A DNA stretch of 64,000 nucleotides, taken from positions 11,346,001-11,410,000 of the forward strand of contig CM119372.1 of NCBI GenBank assembly GCA_051294905.1. Reading direction: 5' to 3'. Shown in pieces: positions 57,696 through 64,000 of this stretch. A program made the translations under genes and the position numbers. The notes under the pieces were generated by a model. It was not told the DNA's origin, did not search any database, and saw only the letters and a program-made list of their open reading frames with translations. Position 1 is the first letter of the stretch. Every line of letters begins with the position of its first letter. This stretch comes from Botryllus schlosseri. Its lineage: Eukaryota.

Positions 57696-60600
57696 TTAGT
57701 CACCCAAGGCGTCGAATTGATTCCCTAAAGTTAAAGCGTTTCCTTGCGAGGAACTCTGTTGCTGTTGCTGCTGCTGACTCTTCGATATCGACTTGGCGCC
57801 GGACTTGACCGTCTCGAAACCGACATGATGTCTGAAACCAAAGCAAATAGCGAACAATCAACGTCACGACATTTTCGCACCGGAAAGAGAGTACACAAGA
57901 TTTCGGGACTCATTTTAAATGCCAGACCGGGGCAGGAGGGATGCAGATTTCGAGAATGCGGTATGTGGCGCCTTAGCGAATAACAAGTCTTCACACGACG
58001 GGATATTGAATTATTTCGAAGACCAGGCGCTCACCAAGAGAGGTGCTATATATTATTCGCCAGAGTTCCGTGAATAAGCGCTGCGTTTCCAAATAGCTTA
58101 GGCCTTTCCATTTCGATACGAAACCAGTACGAACGCACGAAATTGTACTTAGCAAAATATCGCTCGGGTTACAAATACGTACGCCAACACGTAGACAATC
58201 TATCTGAAAAGATCCGGGTCGAAAAATTCTAGACTTGGCCGATTTTTGGACGTTATTCGATACGTAGTCGGATCACGGCCGGAGTGTAATTCGCAATTCG
58301 GCTTAATAATATACCTTGTCACTGTAGCAAACCTCGCATTATTCCTGGTGCAAGTCCACCTGCAATTGTGCAGAAGTGCACGGTTGGCCAATGACCGTTA
58401 ATGACGGAACCGCGTGACAGCCATAGTCATTAATCTGGTTAGCTACACAGAAAGCAGGACGGGTTTTCCCTTCGTCGCATTCAGTCCTACATAACCAACG
58501 CGGTCATTTGAGGACGGCGGAAGTATGCATAACAGTGTGTTTAATACCAGTGTGTCTACTACCTTCGCACTGAGCGAAACGCAACGCGCATTGCAGCGTA
58601 TTCGTATTCTAGTGCGTTTCGTAAACAGCCCGCAACCCGATGACGGCCAAGCGCTTGCGACGGATCATCTGCGATCGCCTTGTGCAGTTGTCAACAGACT
58701 AAATATACCACGCGTCGTTCAGAACCTTCGGAAGTCACCAACGGGTCGGGAACGTACGCTGGTTACCGGAGCTAATGATGATGGGTACTGAATTTCTACA
58801 CTCCTTGTCACTAAAAGTTAATTTATTAGCGAGAACTGCAGTTTCGATACTATTTCCGACTGTGGGAGGCTGTAAAATTCGATTGGTCGTATCCCAGTAC
58901 ACAGCAAAGGTGTGTTTGCGGAAATTGTAGTAATCAAGCAGCATTGTCACTGAGTGCAATAAAATAGGTACGGTCGAAGAACGATCAATGATCTTTGATA
59001 TCATGTAGAACTGGCATATATTCTTTTTGGTCGCATAAAAGGTACGCATTTCAACGATCCATGGCCTCCATGCTATTGTGACGTCATGACGGGAGATACT
59101 CGAATATTCGACGGCTAATACTCGATTCAGAATTGAATCACTCAAGCACTAGCATTTGCCCAGTCGTACACACACACACGACATCTGGCTGGGACCAGTA
59201 AACTTCGCACGCCAGCCCACCTCTCGCAGATCAGCGAGAACAGAATTAAGAATGCAATGCGCTATGAATCAAACACAACCCGGCACGAAAACAATGCGGA
59301 AGTAATGTAGCTCAAGTAGGATCAAGACTCAAGACAGATACTCACTCTGTGTCTTGAACCGCCGACGCCAACGTTGGGAAATCAATTTCGCTGTTAATTA
59401 CCGGCGCTTCTTGTGGTCTTCGTCGGCGCCCCTGCCCCGGCAGGATACCCCCAGGCGTGGCACTGCCAGACATTCTGAATCGACAGTGAAGTTTGTTTTG
59501 CTTTTACTCGGGCGGTCATTCACAAGTAGCATTAAATACGAGAACGGTATCGAGTCGATAGCAATTCTGTGCACAGACCAATTATCACATAGAAAAGAAC
59601 AATGATATTAACCTGGCATGTGGCGGGCGATATACGGACTTTGTAGCAGGGGCGGTCTCTGGCGCGGGCTCTAAAATAAGTAATTTTCAAATGTGAGCTT
59701 TTGCAGATTATTGAAGAATATTTTGTAATCAGAAGATATCGGACATACAGTGTTGGTGCTCGAAATCGCAATAAATTCCTATTCAATAACAACTAGAAAT
59801 AGTGATTTCTACGACATGTCAAAATCACTTCCAGGTGGTAGCACAAAATCAAGCTATGAAAAGTACGGTACTCAAATAGGTGGTTTCAAGAGTAGATTTG
59901 GTCGAGAGATCGCACAGCTTTAGTAGTTGATCGGGAGTGGCTACTTTTAAAATTGGATGTTGAATCCTCGCGACTGCAAAATGACCAAAGACACAAAAAA
60001 TAGGTGCAATTTCGAAAATATATTCAGATATCATGACAAAGGGTCTACCTTGCCTAGTTGTTATGACAACTTCACTCGTGCAGGTGACGCAAACATATGC
60101 CCAAATTACGCTCTATTTTACAAAATCCAAAGCTTGAAAAGTAATTAATTCTGTCTAAAAAATTAAGTACGACGTGAGTACTCTGAAAAAGTACAAGTAC
60201 TTCGTTGCGGACCACCTCTGGCATTACCATTATTATAAATTTATTTCAAGTTGGTTTCAGCACAAGTTAGATTTTATCTGAAACTCAAAATCTAATACAA
60301 GCCTACGAATGTAGGAAATTGACGGAATGGTACCTGTTTTCTTTGGCGGGGCCGGATTGTTTGGCTTGTCTGCATTCTGCTTATTCCACGGACCTTCCTC
60401 CTTCGGTAAAATCAGCTCACCCAGGTCGTTGTACTGAGGTTCAGGAGCTTCTTCCTCCGGTTTCTGATCACTACAAATACGAGAAAGCGGTTGAAATGCA
60501 ATACACGAGCATCACAATTGCATGCAAACCTGCCTTATTTGAAAATTCTGTATTTTCAAATCGCTATAATCTCTCTGCGACTCATCTTCGAACTCGTGCC

Positions 60601-62743
60601 ACTCTTCGCCGTCCTGCGCGAGCAAAATTATTGCAACTTAAGTTTAAAGAAATTCGCTTCCCACTATGGCAGAGAAATTCCCTCATTTCACCAGTGACAT
60701 TAAACAATGATGTCACAACGGCAAGTAAGGGAAGCATCAAGGTGTCAGATTGGGGAACGATGTCATGCAAGAAGGGGATAACCATCTGCATTAGAAATCA
60801 AACTGTTGTCTTTGTCGAGATTGATCATATTTGTGGAATTACTATTCCTCCCGATTCAGATTGGAGCCCGAGTGGTAGGGCCTGAGCTGTAACGAGGAAG
60901 GCAAAGTCCTGCTGGAAAAGAGTACAATCATATCCAACATCCCACACAATACCAATTTCATTGGTTGATTTTTAAGCCCACATCGATAACTGGCACTATC
61001 ACAAATGACCCCGATGTATTCTGTCGATATTCAAAAGATATGGAACTAGCATGACACGCGTTTCCAAACCTGCAGGACATTTATTTGAACAGCGTCACAG
61101 TCATTGCTATGTTTGGACATGAAATAAACTAGAAATGCTGCGAAATAAACCAGTAAGGCCGCAAAATATACTAGCAAGGCCGCATCTGGGCACCTGTAAG
61201 CTATCAGCGATAAGAAAAAGATCAACATTTCCAGTCCAGCAGTCACACAGTATTATAGCTCTTAACTCCTTACTACCATGTTGTGACAGCACGAAAATTG
61301 CCAAGAACTTTTTACCTCTAATGGCCGACAACGATATTTCTTTCAAAGTGTGATATCGACTCGATATTATCAGCAAACCGATAATAATCGGTCGGGGCTC
61401 CAGTTAGGATACTTTCCAGAACCGCTTCTGCGCTTTTTAGCTTTCACTGGCAGGCAATTTCACTCTCAATTAAGTCAATGATATGTAGCTAGGGCTGGGT
61501 AAAATCGAGTACTTGAGTGATTCGACTCTGAATCACATAATATGCTTCGAGTCGAGTAATTGAGTATCACCCATCATGACGTCATAACAGAATGTAATAC
61601 GTCATAGTTCAAATATGTACCGTTAATGCCACACAAAGAATATAATGCCTGTTATCCATCTCATAAATGACACTTTGACATTTTTCCGACCACAATGATT
61701 TCATTGCACTTGGTGACAATGTTGTGGAATAATCATGACTTCGCAAATATGTGATGTAAAGTAACCTTCGTAGCTTTGTACTATATGTTTCGTATGCTAC
61801 AATTCCGCCAATCAAGGTTTCAAGGCTTCAACAGTGAAAATTAGTATCGAAACTATAATTCTCGTTGATGAATTACCTTTCCGTAGCGAGGAGCGTATAT
61901 TTCCAGTGATTGAAAAAATCGTCTTTCACTACTCGACTCGAATCATCACAATTAATACTAGATTCAGATTCGAGTGCTCGAATCATTATGCCCAGCCCTA
62001 ATCGCAAGTTTGTCATCACGTATGAACTCAGGTACATCAAGTATCAATCTGTTCAAAAAGCATCACGATCACGACGTATCATGTCTAGAATGCGACTCCG
62101 CACCAAATAGGACCAGACATGGTGCGAACAATTGATATATGCGCAGTATTTGAAACCATACATGTACCGGAGCAAATGTCAGTGTACGGAAAAAGTCCAG
62201 AATGCTTCAGACCATACATGTGCGGTGTGCACTGTACAGAATGAGGCCAGACATGATCCAGACTTAATGTCAGCGATTGTTATAATATAAATAGTTGCAA
62301 TATCTTGGTATAATGACGGTGATATCTAGTGCGATATCTTAGTATATTTATATGGTCAACATGAACACACCCCAGACACAGTCTAGACATGATAATTGCT
62401 TGTGATACGGAGTGATACGATACCCAAGACTGTGGAATCAGAGTCGTGGAGTGGACTTGTGTTAAACTTTCTCTTGAAGCAGTCTGAATCACAGAAAATG
62501 CTGCCACTGCTGATACTATGGCTCATTGAAAATTGTAATAAAATAATCCAAAATAAGTTGCAGACCTCCCTGCATAAAATGACATTTCTCGTGTTGCTAA
62601 GCCAGTAAGTTGTTAACAATTGACAAAGATATATGAGATGTCTCTTACAGCAGCATCTGTTCGTTTTTCCCCACTGCCAGATTCCTTTTCCTTCCGAGGC
62701 GGTTTCGGCTGTTGTTGTTCTTCTTCTTCTGTTCCAGTACTTA
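57696..62743 (-). CDS. CDV3: CDV3 homolog, 5'-partial (first exon lies beyond the window)
   Basis: Exons 62743-62649, 60613-60534, 60470-60334, 59670-59613, 59474-59346, 57831-57696, phase-consistent. Peptides EEWHEFEDESQRDYSDLKIQ, EGPWNK, SVYRPPHAR, APVINSEIDFPTL, GFETVK...LTLGNQFDAL match the CDV3 motifs in the expected order. Confidence 0.88.
61121..61183. repeat. Three imperfect 21-bp tandem units
   Basis: gaaataaactagaaatgctgc / gaaataaaccagtaaggccgc / aaaatatactagcaaggccgc. Confidence 0.8.
61490..62000. mobile_element. Family G MITE in a CDV3 intron
   Basis: TIR tagggctggg/cccagcccta; collinear with 11190-11687; flanks do not match as a TSD. Confidence 0.85.
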
Positions 62744-63003
62744 CTACACACAAAATTAGACACAGGTAAACTTAATGGTAGATTTCAGATTTCCATTCCA
62801 ATTCAGAAAATAACTTGAAGCCACTTGGAAATTAGTATTGGACGGTGTATCGTCTGATGAAAGGAGCCAAATTTCCAACGTAGCCTACATATACCAGAGT
62901 CTTGGAATTTATTTTAAGTAATTTGCCCGAAGAGCTTCTCGGAGGTACAAAACTTCAATAGGCTATACAGTATACAATTAAAAAGCATATTCTTATTGAC
63001 ATA

Positions 63004-63036
63004 AACCTGAATATTTTCGGCTGACACTCGTCAGGG
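63004..63036 (-). ncRNA. Second copy of the hammerhead-like motif (helix I partly lost)
   Basis: 27 nt identical to 17397-17423, including CTGACGA and GAAAATATT. Confidence 0.45.
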
Positions 63037-63055
63037 ATAGCCTAATTGTCAGCAA

Positions 63056-63772
63056 CGGTTGCCAGTAAATTCGGCCCTCGGTAAATTCGGCCATGACCTC
63101 GGTAAATTCGGCCCTCCGAGAATATTGTATTAAAATGTAATACATTTTAATCTACGCATACCCTGACCTCCAAATCACTCAATAAAAGTATAATTATGAT
63201 AATGATATGATAATTATGATAATTATACTTTTATCGAGTGATTTGGAGGTCAGGGTATGCGTAGATCGCGTAATCGTGGGAGATAGCGCGATATTCACGG
63301 GGCCGTATTTACCGATGGCCGAATTTACCCAGTAAATTCAGCCCTCGGAGAATTTTGTATAAAAATGTATTACCAAGTATTAATGTGAATTAATTACATA
63401 ATTATATTATTATCGAGTGATTTGCAAGTCAGGGTATGCGTACATCACACAGTCACAGGAGATAACGCGGATATTTACGGAGCCGAATTTACCAAGGGCC
63501 GAATCCAATCGGTAAATTCGGCCCTCGGAGAATTTTGTGTAAATATGTATCACCAACTATTAATGTGAATTAATTACATAATTATGTTATTATCAAGTGA
63601 TTTGGAGGTTAGGATTAGGATTAGAGTTAGGATTGGGGCTAGGGTAAAGGGTTAGGGTTAGGTAATGTTATTGTACCGTAACTGTTATTGTTACCCTGGC
63701 ATTGGCCGAATTTGCCGAGGGCCGAAGTGACCTGTGGCCGAATTTACAGAGGGCCGAATTTACTGGAAATCG
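63056..63772. mobile_element. Foldback/modular-TIR non-autonomous DNA element with GTAAATTCGGCC repeats and TTAGGG-like tract
   Basis: Ends cggttgccagtaaattcggccctc / gagggccgaatttactggaaatcg; direct repeat tcagcaa(c) of 7-8 bp on both flanks; three internal units of about 180-230 bp. Confidence 0.8.
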
Positions 63773-64000
63773 TCAGCAACTAGTAAGAGAATTGGAAGGA
63801 GCATTGTATATCAACAATCGTATCACAAAATATGTTTAAACATTTTTTCTTGGTAAGATCTAGCTGCATTGTATGTACTAAAGTCCACCAATTCAAATAC
63901 TTATAGCCAAATTGGAAACAGTGGTTGTTTTCTACAATAAGTTGTACGTGACAGAAGGGCTTCTTGCATAGAATTACTTAGTATAGTTAAACGCAAATTT

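Noticed and set aside
57744-57983. Plus-strand ORF with a signal-peptide-like poly-Leu start
   Set aside because: Starts at TTG after an in-frame stop; the Leu run is the antisense of the poly-Gln codons in the last CDV3 exon.
60319-60885. 188-aa plus-strand ORF
   Set aside because: Antisense shadow of two CDV3 exons and their introns; no recognisable motifs.
62110-62392. Recurring CCA(G/T)ACATG as p53-type response elements
   Set aside because: They lack the RRRCWWGYYY flanks and paired spacing; more likely an eroded repeat.
62853-62885. CTGATGA-aa-gga...tcc-AACGT as another hammerhead
   Set aside because: The GAAA box is missing and there is no helix I.

Overview
Eukaryotic (animal) genomic DNA, AT-rich, with many short 56-90 nt GT-AG introns. 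A tunicate-like invertebrate is my guess, not something the sequence proves. I can support seven protein-coding loci, four of which the ORF track shows only as fragments or misses, so I assembled their exons by hand. They are: the 3' part of a sushi/CCP + VWA surface protein (+); intronless WDR46 (-) head-to-head with intronless importin-7 (+); a 10-exon CDK8/19 (+); an intron-rich class A GPCR (+); a two-CUB type I membrane receptor with a Tyr-motif tail (+); and the 3' six exons of CDV3 (-). Introns and intergenic DNA are packed with non-autonomous hAT-type DNA transposons; I checked 8-bp target-site duplications (TSDs) by eye for 18 of them. There is also a decayed hAT transposase remnant, an L2-type LINE fragment, a tRNA-derived SINE and a foldback-like element. 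The most unusual observations are: (1) a 31-bp near-perfect palindrome present at two sites, each with its own perfect 8-bp TSD (a candidate minimal transposon); (2) a minimal hammerhead-ribozyme-like motif conserved in two dispersed copies; (3) a lone in-frame TAG that separates a GPI-like tail from a possible transmembrane/cytoplasmic extension; (4) a Phe-to-Val gatekeeper change in CDK8. All coordinates were counted by hand and may be off by a base or two. No database searches were possible.
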